DNA of 64,000 nucleotides from Oscarella lobularis (Eukaryota): NCBI RefSeq assembly GCF_947507565.1, contig NC_089177.1, positions 554,648 to 618,647 of the forward strand, read 5' to 3'. Shown piece by piece: positions 52,291 to 64,000 of this stretch (position 1 is its first letter; each line of letters starts with the position of its first letter). The notes under the pieces were generated by a model. It saw only the letters and a program-made list of their open reading frames with translations, ran no database searches and was not told where the DNA came from. The position numbers and the translations under genes were made by a program.

Positions 52291-53827
52291 TCATGGTATC
52301 CGCTTCAATCGCAACCATCCTCGATCGATTTTCAATCGAAATGATTTCCATTGCTTCTTCTTTGTTAGAAGCCCCAGGTTCTCCTTCTAAAAGAAGGAAC
52401 GGACACGTCCCAAGGCAAAGGGCAGCTGCTTAGCAACATAAATGCGTGCGCTGCAGTCGTCGACGCCGTTCGAACGACTCTCGGTCCACGCGGTCTCGAC
52501 AAACTCATCGTCGACGGCCAAGGCGAGCAGAAACTTGGAACGAATCGTTCTCTAAGTCATCGATTCGCCTTCAGGAAAAGCGACGATATCAAACGACGGC
52601 GCGACAATCGTCAACCTACTCGACGTCGTTCATCCGGCGGCGAAAACGCTCGTCGACATCGCGAAAAGTCAGGACGCCGAGGTGAAGCGACGCTCCTGAG
52701 TGAAAAAACGCGGTGGAAAATCGTAAACGTGCGCTAGGTGGGCGACGGAACGACGACAGTCGTTCTTTTGGCTGGAGAAATGCTGAAGGAAGTGAAACTG
52801 TTCATTGAGGAGGGAATTCATCCGCAAGTCATAATCAGAAGCTTTCGAAAAGCCACTCATCTGGTAAGAAAAAAATATTTTTGAATTTTAATTAGAAATT
52901 AAAGCATTCTTACTCGGTAGGCCTTAGAGAAGATTAAAGAGATAGCTGTTCATGTGAAGAGAGATGATCCCGCGTAATGATGCATACTTTGTAAAGAAAC
53001 ATCTAGTAGTTTCTTCTTTGGGACTTTAGAGAGCAGACTAGCCTTCTAGAAAAATGTGCTGCAACGAGTTTGAGTTCGAAACTCGTCGCCAGACAAAAGG
53101 AATTCTTTTCGAAGATGGTCGTCGAAGCCGTGTCGCATCTCGACGAGCAGCTTCAACTTAGCATGATAGGAATAAAGAAAGTGAAAGGAGGAGCTCTCGA
53201 GGTCTGAGAGGAGGGGGAGAAATTTGTACTACGTTTACCATTGACTCGATTTTCTATAGGATTCTTTTCTCGTTGAGGGAGTTGCTTTCAAGAAAACGTT
53301 CTCATATGCCGGATTTGAAATGCAGCCAAAGAAATACACAGACCCGAAAATTGCCTTGCTCAACATCGAATTGGAACTGAAATCAGAAAAAGACAATGCA
53401 GAAATTCGTCTTGACAACGTCGAGGTTACCTTCCTTTGTAAATTCAAAAGAATGTAAAAAAAGAAGCCGATCCCTTATAGGAATACCAAGCTATAGTAGA
53501 TGCAGAGTGGACGATTCTCTATGAAAAACTAGACAAAATAGCAAAGAGCGGAGCCAAAGTTGTTCTCTCCAAACTTCCCATTGGTGACGTGGCAACTCAA
53601 TACTTTGCAGACAGGTAAAAACCTAGCCCTGACCAATTTGAAGCTCTTATAAGCGAGTGATGTCACCTCTAGGGACATGTTCTGTGCTGGACGCGTTCCC
53701 GACGAAGATCTGAAACGCACAATGAAGGCGTGCGGCGGTTCCATACAGACGACCGTCAATTCTCTAACAGAGAAAAACCTGGGCACGTGCAAACTGTTCG
53801 AAGAGCAGCAGATAGGCGGAGAAAGGC

Positions 53828-53863
<36 letters not shown>

Positions 53864-54510
53864 CAATAAGAATAACATCAGCAATTTTTTTTTCTTACTC
53901 GCAGATTCAATATATTCAAAGGGTGTCCCGAAGCGAAGACGTGCACGATTCTCCTCCGCGGTGGCGCCGAGCAGTTCATGGAGGAGACCGAGCGTTCGTT
54001 GCACGACGCGATCATGATCGTACGACGAGCGCGCAAGAACGACGCCATCGTCGCCGGCGGCGGAGCCATCGACATGGAGTTGAGCAAGTACTTGAGAGAT
54101 TACGCGCGCGGCGTCGCCGGCAAAGATCAGCTTCTCATATCGGCGTACGCGAAGGCGCTGGAAGTGATTCCCCGACAGCTGTGCGATAACGCCGGCTTCG
54201 ATTCGATCGGAATTCTAAACAAGCTCAGAAAGAAACACGCGGAAGGTTTGGGATTTAATTAATAATCGCTTTCACTTTTTTTTGAATTTTTTTCTTATAT
54301 TAGGCGGGGTTTGGTTTGGCGTTGACATTGTCAATGAGGACGTGGCCAATAATTACGATGCGTTCGTTTGGGAGCCCGCTATTGTGAAATCGAATGCTCT
54401 CATTGCCGCATCAGAGGCGGCGTGCATTATTTTGTCGGTTGATGAAACCGTGCGAAATCCCAAGTCGGCCACAGAGCCTCAGAATGCTCCAGGAGCACCG
54501 CAGTTGTAGA
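52291..54510 (+). CDS. CCT7: T-complex protein 1 subunit eta (chaperonin CCT7). About 8 exons.
   Basis: [50 protein letters not shown] (human [51 protein letters not shown]). [142 protein letters not shown] and [34 protein letters not shown] are all near-identical to CCT-eta. The stop is TAG at 54508. Confidence 0.9.
53832..53860. repeat. (GA)n microsatellite in a CCT7 intron.
   Basis: gagagagaga... read directly. Confidence 0.9.
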
Positions 54511-54577
54511 CTCTAGAAATTGTTGCATGTCGTCTGCTTTGCCTTGTACCGACTAGTCGCGTCGTAGTTGAGAATGG

Positions 54578-55166
54578 TTAATCAAAGAGTGAAAGGATCA
54601 GACTAAATTCTACACTTACAGGTGCATGCGTTCTACTACAAGCCTCTATACTAAAGAGCCCAAACCAAACGTACTTTGCAGGGGGGAGAAAACAATCGGT
54701 AAGACGCCTTTTTTTTATCACGTTACTGTTCTTTTCCATCAGACTCAGACGGCGGTGACGGAGTGTCACTCGAATTAGTCTGAGAAAAGACGTGTCAAAC
54801 GTTCTACGTATGACATGACGTCGTTTTTGGGGGCCCCCTTACCTCCGTTTGATCATCGTTCGAAGCGGACGGCACTTCCTTCTGCAGCGCTTTCGTTATT
54901 TCAGCCTGACGAATGCTTTCCTCTTCGTCGAGCATCTCTTCGAGCTCTTCTACCATTTCCTCCTCCTCTTCGAGCTCCTTTTCGCACTCTTTGTCGTAGT
55001 CTTCGACGTTTTCCATCCAATAGAACTCTTTAAAAGGATCATCGGGCTTCTTTTCCTTCGTCTGAGCGTCGGTAGTCGCCATATTTCGCTCGAAAAGACA
55101 CGATGTAAATCGGCGAACGCACGCTAACAGAAAAAGATTCTGCGCATTTATCCCATCAAAATGCAA
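54578..55166 (-). CDS. Small, highly acidic protein (2 exons). Family not recognised.
   Basis: MATTDAQTKEKKPDDPFKEFYWMENVEDYDKECEKELEEEEEMVEELEEMLDEEESIRQAEITKALQKE...; a second exon encodes ...SSDTPSPPSESDGKEQ. Confidence 0.35.
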
Positions 55167-55257
55167 ATTTCAAAAAAACTGTACGAGGTTATTTAATACA
55201 ACACATTTACGTCGCTCACCCGTCCCGCCCCCGACTTTTCATCACATCTACTATCTA

Positions 55258-57195
55258 TCATAGTCTGGCTTGAAACAAATACAAATTATTTGTAGCAGCC
55301 AACGCAATTATGTTTCTCTCCGGATGCCAAGCCGGATGTAATATTTTCTTATTAAAATCCATACTATCGGCATTCACTTCATTCTTTTTTCTCTTTCCCC
55401 CGCCCCCGCCACCACTAACCACTTTTTTCGCAGCAACCACCTGCCCAGGCTTCGCAACATCCCTCGCCGCCTCCAAAGTCACATCGCTTTTCGTGGCACG
55501 ATCAAATATCCGAAACAAATTGTGATAGCTACCGCTAAGAATGTGCCTAAAAAGAAATCACAGGGTCCCCTCTCTTGTACTGTACATATTTCTAAAGTAA
55601 ACACCCCCCCTAAGGAGACGCTCCCTAAATATTTTTTTTCGCCGACCCCCCACTCAAAAAAAATCCTTGCGTTACGGGACTATCATACTTACGTGTCTCG
55701 ACCGCTCCACGCGCATTCGAACTTGTCGAAGATCCAATCGTTTTCGTAGAGCGCGCACAGTTTCGTGCGCAAATGATCGTGCACCGCGTACGTCTCGACC
55801 GGCCGCTTTTCCATATTCACGTCCCACACGCGCACGGTCAGATAGTCGCGCGTCAGCATGTAGCGACCGCTGTGACTGAACTTGACGTCGGACATCGACG
55901 ATATGATTTCGGAGAAAAACGACTTGCTGCTCGGATCCTCGGGCTCCTCAAACACTAATTGAGAAAAAAGAAAAAAACGCGTCGACTCGGGATAGGGAAT
56001 GAGAGTCTGTGTCTACTTTTTGCGTGTTGATCGCAGAGCGCTTTGGATCGCATGTCGCACAATCGCACGCAACCCTTGCTGCTACTATACGCAAATTGGC
56101 TACAGCTATCCGGATGAAATTCGGCGGCGGTTATCACTTCCGTCAGCTCTTCCATATTAGCCGGTTTGATATCCACAATGTCTACGAAAACACCAAATGA
56201 AACGAAAATATTTCCGCGACGACTTTTTCTTACTAAAACACTGATCCGAAACTTCTAAATTCCACAAATTAATCCGCAAATCGTCGGCAGACATGAAATT
56301 CTCCCCGTCGCTATTCACGGATACGGAATTGATGTGATAGGCGTGCGCATTAGCGAAGACGCGTCGACACGTTGGTTCAACGACCATGTCCTCCATCAGT
56401 CGATAGCGCGGCACGAGAAGCATGTCGATCGAGTTGCCGTCAACTATTTGGCCCTCGTCGTCGCGCAAATTGAAGCCGAACGCCCGTTTTCGACGCTCGG
56501 CCAACTTCCACAATTTGACCGTTTTGTCTGATAAGAGAGAGAGAGAGAGAGAGAATGTGGAAGGATGAGCCATGAGGCTTTTGGAATTCTACCGTTTGTG
56601 GTGAGGAGAAAGTGGGAGGCGTTTCGTCGTCGCAGCCAACGAATCTTGTTGATCTTTTCCTCGATTTCGAGACTCTTCAAATAGTCGAATTCCGGTTCAT
56701 GACTCTGAAACGTGCTGTAGAAGTTATAGTCGCCGCTCTGTATGCCGGATGAACCCTAGAACCAAAACAATTTTTTCAAAATTTAAAATATTCGATTACC
56801 ATAATTACGAAACGGACAACGAAGCTATGATCTCTCTTAGACTAAAGTTCACCTTCTGAAAAACGACGACTCGGCCACCCTTGTCGCCTGTCGCGAGCAG
56901 TTCGCCGTCGTGATTGAACTCTATCGCCGATATGATGTCCGCGACGTCGACTGCGAACGCACAACACACCGATACCGTTTACTCATATCGCGTTTCATTT
57001 TTTCCCCCCTCCTGTCTCCGGGCTGTGTTTCGCGGTTCGTGGGAGCCTACCTTCAGCTATGCTCTCTTCCGACGGACCCTTGACCTGAGATAAAAGCCAC
57101 TGCAAGCCGCCTGCACCTGGAAAAGCGAAAATCGAGACGATTAGCGCGAGGTGACGTCGCCGCTTCGATATGGAGGCGGATTTCGCACCTGCCAT
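55258..57195 (-). CDS. PPP2R2: Protein phosphatase 2A regulatory subunit B (B55/PR55, a WD40 protein). Multi-exon.
   Basis: [24 protein letters not shown]...[176 protein letters not shown]; and the C-terminus [26 protein letters not shown]. All of these are near-identical to human B55. Confidence 0.9.
56534..56554. repeat. (GA)n microsatellite in a PPP2R2 intron.
   Basis: agagagagag... read directly. Confidence 0.9.
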
Positions 57196-57419
57196 CGGCG
57201 ATTGGTCAGCGATAGGCTCAAACGCAACGGAGGCTTTCCTTCGAGGAGCTCGGATCGCGTTGATCGGCTTCTGCGTGTAGGATTCGGGCGGATTCCACCA
57301 CCTATGTCATCAAAGGAAGACGCAAATGCGCATGCGCGAAGGAACCAGTCCAATATCGGTAATTCCAAACTGCAAAAACGACAGCAATAAGCTCTGTTTG
57401 ACTAACAGCACGTAAAGCA

Positions 57420-59197
<1,778 letters not shown>

Positions 59198-59509
59198 CTA
59201 GAGAATCAGAGGAAGCCTGTTCGAAACCAAAAGAACCCAGAATAGATAGGATTACAGCAAAAAAATAATAACTTACGTCGGAAAATTGTTTTAGTGTTTG
59301 GATCAGTTTTCATTCAGTTGTACACGGCAAGCTCTTTGCTAAGGGAGTCACGTTGCATACGCGCTCAATGCCCCGTATGCATAACGGCTCCCACTGGCTA
59401 TGCAGGAACTATCGACGGTATGTACCTGATGGAAGCAACGTCGTTATATCATAAATGAGCGTAATGTTGCTTTCCCTTATCAATTTTTCACTAGGGTGAG
59501 TGGTATCCC

Positions 59510-60310
59510 TTGAAACGGAAAGAAAACGGCGCCTCAACTCCTCGCTGCCTTTTCCCCGAGGCTCCGTCGTCCGACGAGGGATCATCGCTTTCGTCTGAAC
59601 ACTCTCTTGTCTCGCTTCCAAGAGAGTATCTATTACCAATGGAAACGCGGGGCGTTCAAACTCAAACGAGCCGTCGTCGTCGAACGGCGACTAATAACGG
59701 AAGTTTTGAAAGTCGTGGGCGTGACGTCTCCAAATCGAAAAGCCCGCCCGTTTCGTTGGACGAATTGTGGCGTCGACTTCGCGCCGTATCGCTTGAAAAC
59801 GCTGCGGAACACGGGAAAATGTCGAAATCTAGACGAAAACAGAAAAACGGACCCTTAGTGGATGTTGACTTCGCTCGTTCTCAAAGGCACCGTCAGAAAC
59901 CTCCGCTGCAGCCGTTGACTCTGCAGGAAGCTTTGCTATTTCACAAGCCGTCGTTTCCGGAGAGCGTCAGGGCACGCCAGGCCGCTGTGCAACGAAGAAA
60001 ACAGGAAAGAAAGGAGACATCTTGTGCTGCTGCAGCAGCAGCAAAGCCAGTAGTAGTAGCAAAACCAAAGAACAAAGATATTCGAAGGACAAAAATTCCA
60101 AGCTTTGTGACTGTAGAGAAGAAATCTGCAAAGAAACCAATAACAAGACAAGAAGCAATTCAACATTCTAAAAAGTAATCCTTTGTGTAAAAATGCCGCG
60201 GTGGCCTTATATTTACTTACCAGGATATATGAAGGTTTGCACGAAGTGCAGGCCAAGAAGCAGAGAGAGAAGCGTCAAGCAGCCTGCGTCACGAATCGCA
60301 TCAAAGCGAT
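59510..60310 (+). CDS. Basic, low-complexity protein whose 3' exons carry an ALMS-motif-like C-terminal region, suggesting a centrosome/basal-body protein. The 5' extent is uncertain and the gene continues past 60310.
   Basis: LTLQEALLFHKPSFPESVRARQAAVQRRKQERKE...|DIYEGLHEVQAKKQREKRQAACVTNRIKAMIYGR was joined across a GTAATC...TTACCAG intron. The pattern L-x-LQEA-x5-P-x-F-x-x-S-x-x-R and the terminal basic helix resemble the ALMS motif of ALMS1, C10orf90 and CEP295, from memory. Confidence 0.4.
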
Positions 60311-60694
60311 GATCTACGGCAGGGTAGGAAATACACTTGAACTTCTCAAATTCCGGGCACCAGACGTCATATCTAAAAGTAACTCCCAGCGCTCACTCTC
60401 TAATACCCATAGCCCTTTATTTGGTAACTTCCCACCTGCCCAAATTTGAGAGGTTTGAGTGTAGAAACTAAAAGGCTGGTGTATTACACTTCTTTGAATA
60501 GAAAACTCGTGAAAGGTTGAAAAAGCTGGCAAGTCGTCACTAATCAGTATTGGACTCTAAGAACTATTTACCAAAATAAAGGCTCTCCCCCTACTCCGTC
60601 GCTAAGTTTAGTGCGAAACGATTCTTGTGCCTAAGTTCAATTTTGAAATTTCAGAAGAAATTGGCTCTAGCATAAAACCACTAGTAATGTTTAG

Positions 60695-61336
60695 TTGCAC
60701 AGAAAACTCGTGAAAGACTGGGGAAAGCTTCTCGCTACTGCAGTAATCGGTAAAAGGCCAGTGATAAAAAAAACGTTAGACTCATTCGGACGTAATACTC
60801 TGGTGCACTTTACCGATGACTCTTCTCAGGAATTATCCGCCTTTTTGTTGCGTCGAAGCGATGAGATCTTTTTGAAAAACTTTCGACCTCTAGAAATCAT
60901 GTCGCCGCGTTTGCGCTTCGGCTTTCCTTCTTCAGAAGAGAAACTGCAAACGAAACGCGGTCTAGTCAGAACGATGAATTAACCCCTTCCCAAAACTTAC
61001 CCCGGGTCGGATTCGTCGTCAGGAAACGAGACCCTTTCGTTTCTTGAAACACCATTGGTTGCAGTGCTTGACGTCGTGGCAACAATAGACGATAGCTTCC
61101 GTGGGAAACGCGACTTCGCGTTTGTAGCGGCGTCACTGAATTATTTGAAAGGTAAGCGTATAAAATCGGAACGGCCTTCTTTCAGACCTCGAAATTTCGG
61201 ACTGGGGATCAGAGTCAACGTAATCTTCCCCTTCGTCTTCGTTATCATTGAGTACTTCGTCACGCGGTCTCGCAAAATCGCTCTACAAATACGAGAGTCA
61301 CGAGTGTACGACAACATTCTCTCTCATTCTAGTTGA
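60695..61336 (+). CDS. Hypothetical protein with at least 2 exons. Family not recognised.
   Basis: Plus-strand ORFs 60695..60982 and 61055..61336 (VAVLDVVATIDDSFRGKRDFAFVAASLNYLKGK). There is no recognisable match. Confidence 0.25.
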
Positions 61337-61475
61337 CCCACTTCTTCCGCGAGTTCAGGAACAACACTCGATGCAATAGTACTAGAACTAAACATATTAG
61401 GCATCGGTGGATGCGTTCTACTGGGACTCGAAACTTGTTCAACAAAATTTGACGGAATCAAACCCTCTTTCCCAT

Positions 61476-64000
61476 TCAACTGAATAGAATGTCAATATTA
61501 CATTTTTTCGAATTTCTTGACACTTGCCTTGGCGTTGAAGAAACCGTCGTCGTTTTCGTCACCAAAAACTTTAATAAGATCGCCTTCTTTGAAAGCCAAT
61601 TCCGCTTCCGGGTCAGGATTAGGTGACATAGTGTACGGATCGTAGTCATAAACAGCAACGTACTAAATCGACTGTTATTCGGTCTTTGTAGCACTTAGTT
61701 TTCTTTTACCAGCCCAAACGGTTCTATTGCATCGTCGAATGTCGTCACAGAGCCACCCAGCGACTGGAGGTCGTCTCCACCGTGAGGTCCGTTCATAAAG
61801 CCGCGATCTTGTTGCTGTTGCTGCGGATGCTGCGACGAAGAGACTGACGACGGACTGGCGCCGCTGAACGTCATGCTGACGCCGGCGGATAGGCGGCCAT
61901 TGCGGCCAACGGTTTGAAGGGTAATGCGTCTTGGGACACTGACGTCAAAATCCTCTAGCAGCGCCTAAGAGAAAGATAAGAATTAATTGTACGATGGAGT
62001 TTCTAAGAGTGTTGGGTCTTAGTTCGTTTTCTCACCTTGCTCTGCTCAGCACCGATGATCAACTGGTGTTCTTTTCCATCAACTAATACCTGCAAATAAT
62101 TGCATGTTTGTCTGCTTCCAATAATCGTCTACTATGTACCTTATAGCCTGCTACCACAGTTCCACTGTTCTTTCCCAGCGGAGTGATATCGGGTGGCTTC
62201 CACGCAACTAGGAGACTATTGTCTAGTTGACGTTCCACGCATAACTGTTCTGGTGCATCAGGGTCGTCTTCAGGTGTTGGAGATCTCATAAGAGTCCCGT
62301 CTATAAAAGAAAATAAGGCAAAACACATAAGATTTTTCTCCATACTCTCGGATTCTTCTTGATCGTAGGGAAGATCTCCATTCCAGTCGGCCAAATCAAC
62401 GGCGTGATGACGACTCTCAGCTGCTGATAGAGATGGGAGTGCCGCTGGATCAGGAGTGCTCATCTAACCACATCTGCATAAGGAGATAAGCGAAATATTT
62501 CAGCCTTGGTCTCACCTCACTAACGAGCCTTGATTTGCACATGGGATCCAATATATCGATTTCCTCAACAAAATTCGCCGGGACCAGGCCTCGATTACCT
62601 GTAAAACAAAACAACGTTTCCTTCTCCAATCAGTCTCGGCTAAATATTCGTCGTCTGCCTTCGAATTCGGCGAGATAAAGCCCGTTGTCATCCATATCCC
62701 CGGTCACGGCAATCACGTCGCCTGCGTTGACGGTCAGCTCCAACTCCGGCTGTTTCGTCGTGCACAAGCTGTTGGGATCATAATCAAACAAGACGACAAA
62801 CATTCGCTTGTCGTCCAAAAACGACGACGGAGCGCCACTTCGACTGCGCGTGGCGCCACGCGACAAACGACCGGAGGACACGCTTCCGCTATATCGTTGA
62901 CGGCCCATCGCCGCGGACGCGGAGAGAGGACGAGCAGCCCTAGAGGAAGAAGAGCGAGCTGCCGCCGCCGATGTCTCTTTTTCCGCCGCATCAATGGTGC
63001 GTAAAGCTTCGTCGATATCCTAAAAGAAGAAAATCCAACTATTTGACGTCAAAAAGAGATTTTGCTCACCATTGAACCGTATAGTTGAGAATGCGGTGGA
63101 AGCTTGAGTCGGTTAGGCTGACTCGTCGGCCGTTCGGCGTCCATCATGCTGAGATCCTCCAGCAGACTGCCCGTCAACGCTTTTTTCAATTTACCCAATT
63201 GCTTATTCAAATCGGCGATAATTTCGTCTTTCGCTTGACATTTGCGTTGCAGTAACGTGTTCTCATTCTACACAGACAAGAAGAGGAGTCCTTAATCGCC
63301 CCGACTATTTTAAAAGCGAGAGGCTTTGCCTTCAGTGGACCGAGGCGTTGCTCAGACTCCATTCGTATCAATCGCTCTCGTCTCACTTCTTCTGCGTGCA
63401 TCTGCGTGCTCGCCTCGTATTGTTCGAGCTCTTGAGCCCGTCTGTAGAATACGACTGCAGCGGCTCTGCGTTGCGACAGTGTGACGGTGTCCTTACCTCA
63501 TTTCCGTATCTTCGACTTCGTTTCGAAGCCTTTGAGCCGCTTCTATCGCCAAGTTCCCCTCTTTCACCTGCTCTGTCAGGAGAACGTTCCTTTTAGTCAC
63601 TTCGTCTCGCTCCTTTTGAAGTCTCGTCATTTCCAACTGATGACCCTTAACGGACAAGTCTCTCTCTCGGAGTAAAAACGTATGTATTCTTTTTTACCTT
63701 GACGCTGGCGTTGCTTTTCCTCAAGAGCGCCTCCAAACGCTTTCGTTCCTGACCAAGAATCGGTACTACGTCCACCGCAAAAGACAAACAGCAGCTGCCT
63801 AACCTCGTTTTCAAGCGGCGGCGGGCTTCTTTCTTTCAGTTGTGACTGCTCTGATAGTTCATTTTCAAGGCGAGCATAACGAGCCTAAAACACAATAAGA
63901 CGACGTCAAGTTATAAAAAGGGGGCAACGTACTTGCAATATTGAAAAGCTTTCTTCCATTTTAACCCGTTTCTTGATCTCTCGTTGGCATTCCTCGCGAG
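61476..64000 (-). CDS. RIMBP: RIM-binding protein-like: SH3, fibronectin type III and SH3 domains with an N-terminal coiled coil. It is partial and continues beyond the window end.
   Basis: MFVVLFDYDPNSLCTTKQPELELTVNAGDVIAVTGDMDDNGLYLAEFEGRR and YVAVYDYDPYTMSPNPDPEAELAFKEGDLIKVFGDENDDGFFNAK are RIM-BP-type SH3 domains (compare ALFDYDP...ELTF..GDII.VFG..DEDGFY.GEL). LLVAWKPPDITPLGKNSGTVVAGYKVH is FN3. A coiled coil lies in 63000..63960. Confidence 0.6.

Overview
This window is nuclear DNA from a eukaryote, not a prokaryote. Many genes are split by short GT-AG spliceosomal introns of about 45-60 bp, and there are no operons, RBS patterns or CRISPR arrays. Roughly 35 genes sit in 64 kb, about one per 1.8 kb, and many adjacent pairs are head-to-head or tail-to-tail with under 400 bp between them. 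GC is about 48-50%. The recognisable genes point to an animal, probably a bilaterian with a miniaturised genome: a Tks4/5-like PX+SH3 adaptor, RIM-binding protein, a NEMO/optineurin-like UBAN protein, an ALMS-motif protein, PP2A-B55, Aurora kinase, SMC3, EXOC4/Sec8, CCT-eta, cathepsin B, PI4KII, aprataxin, GLRX3 and a cluster of cilia/centrosome genes. A tardigrade-like or similar compact genome is a guess only; the species cannot be determined from sequence. I worked by translating the six-frame ORFs, stitching exons across GT-AG introns by eye and comparing with remembered family sequences, so all exon boundaries are approximate. The most interesting locus is an intron-less gene (32583..34097) that has its own TATA box and encodes a 504-aa protein with no signal peptide. 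Its N-terminal LGRGIN motif and a FTHF-x6-GA motif resemble the two hallmark motifs of the MACPF/perforin pore-forming domain. It sits directly downstream of cathepsin B and near the NEMO/optineurin-like gene, and is preceded by a cluster of AGGTCA-like half-sites and a hairpin. Other points of interest: a Tks-like adaptor expanded to seven SH3 domains with a coding (GGC)n poly-Gly tract; a tandem pair of secreted-ectodomain 7TM receptor paralogs; a single-exon highly acidic disordered protein; a secreted S9 peptidase; a possible PH-ANK-WD40-EF-hand composite gene; and a palindromic element at 1177..1216. No rRNA, tRNA, snRNA, transposon or CRISPR feature could be supported by eye.
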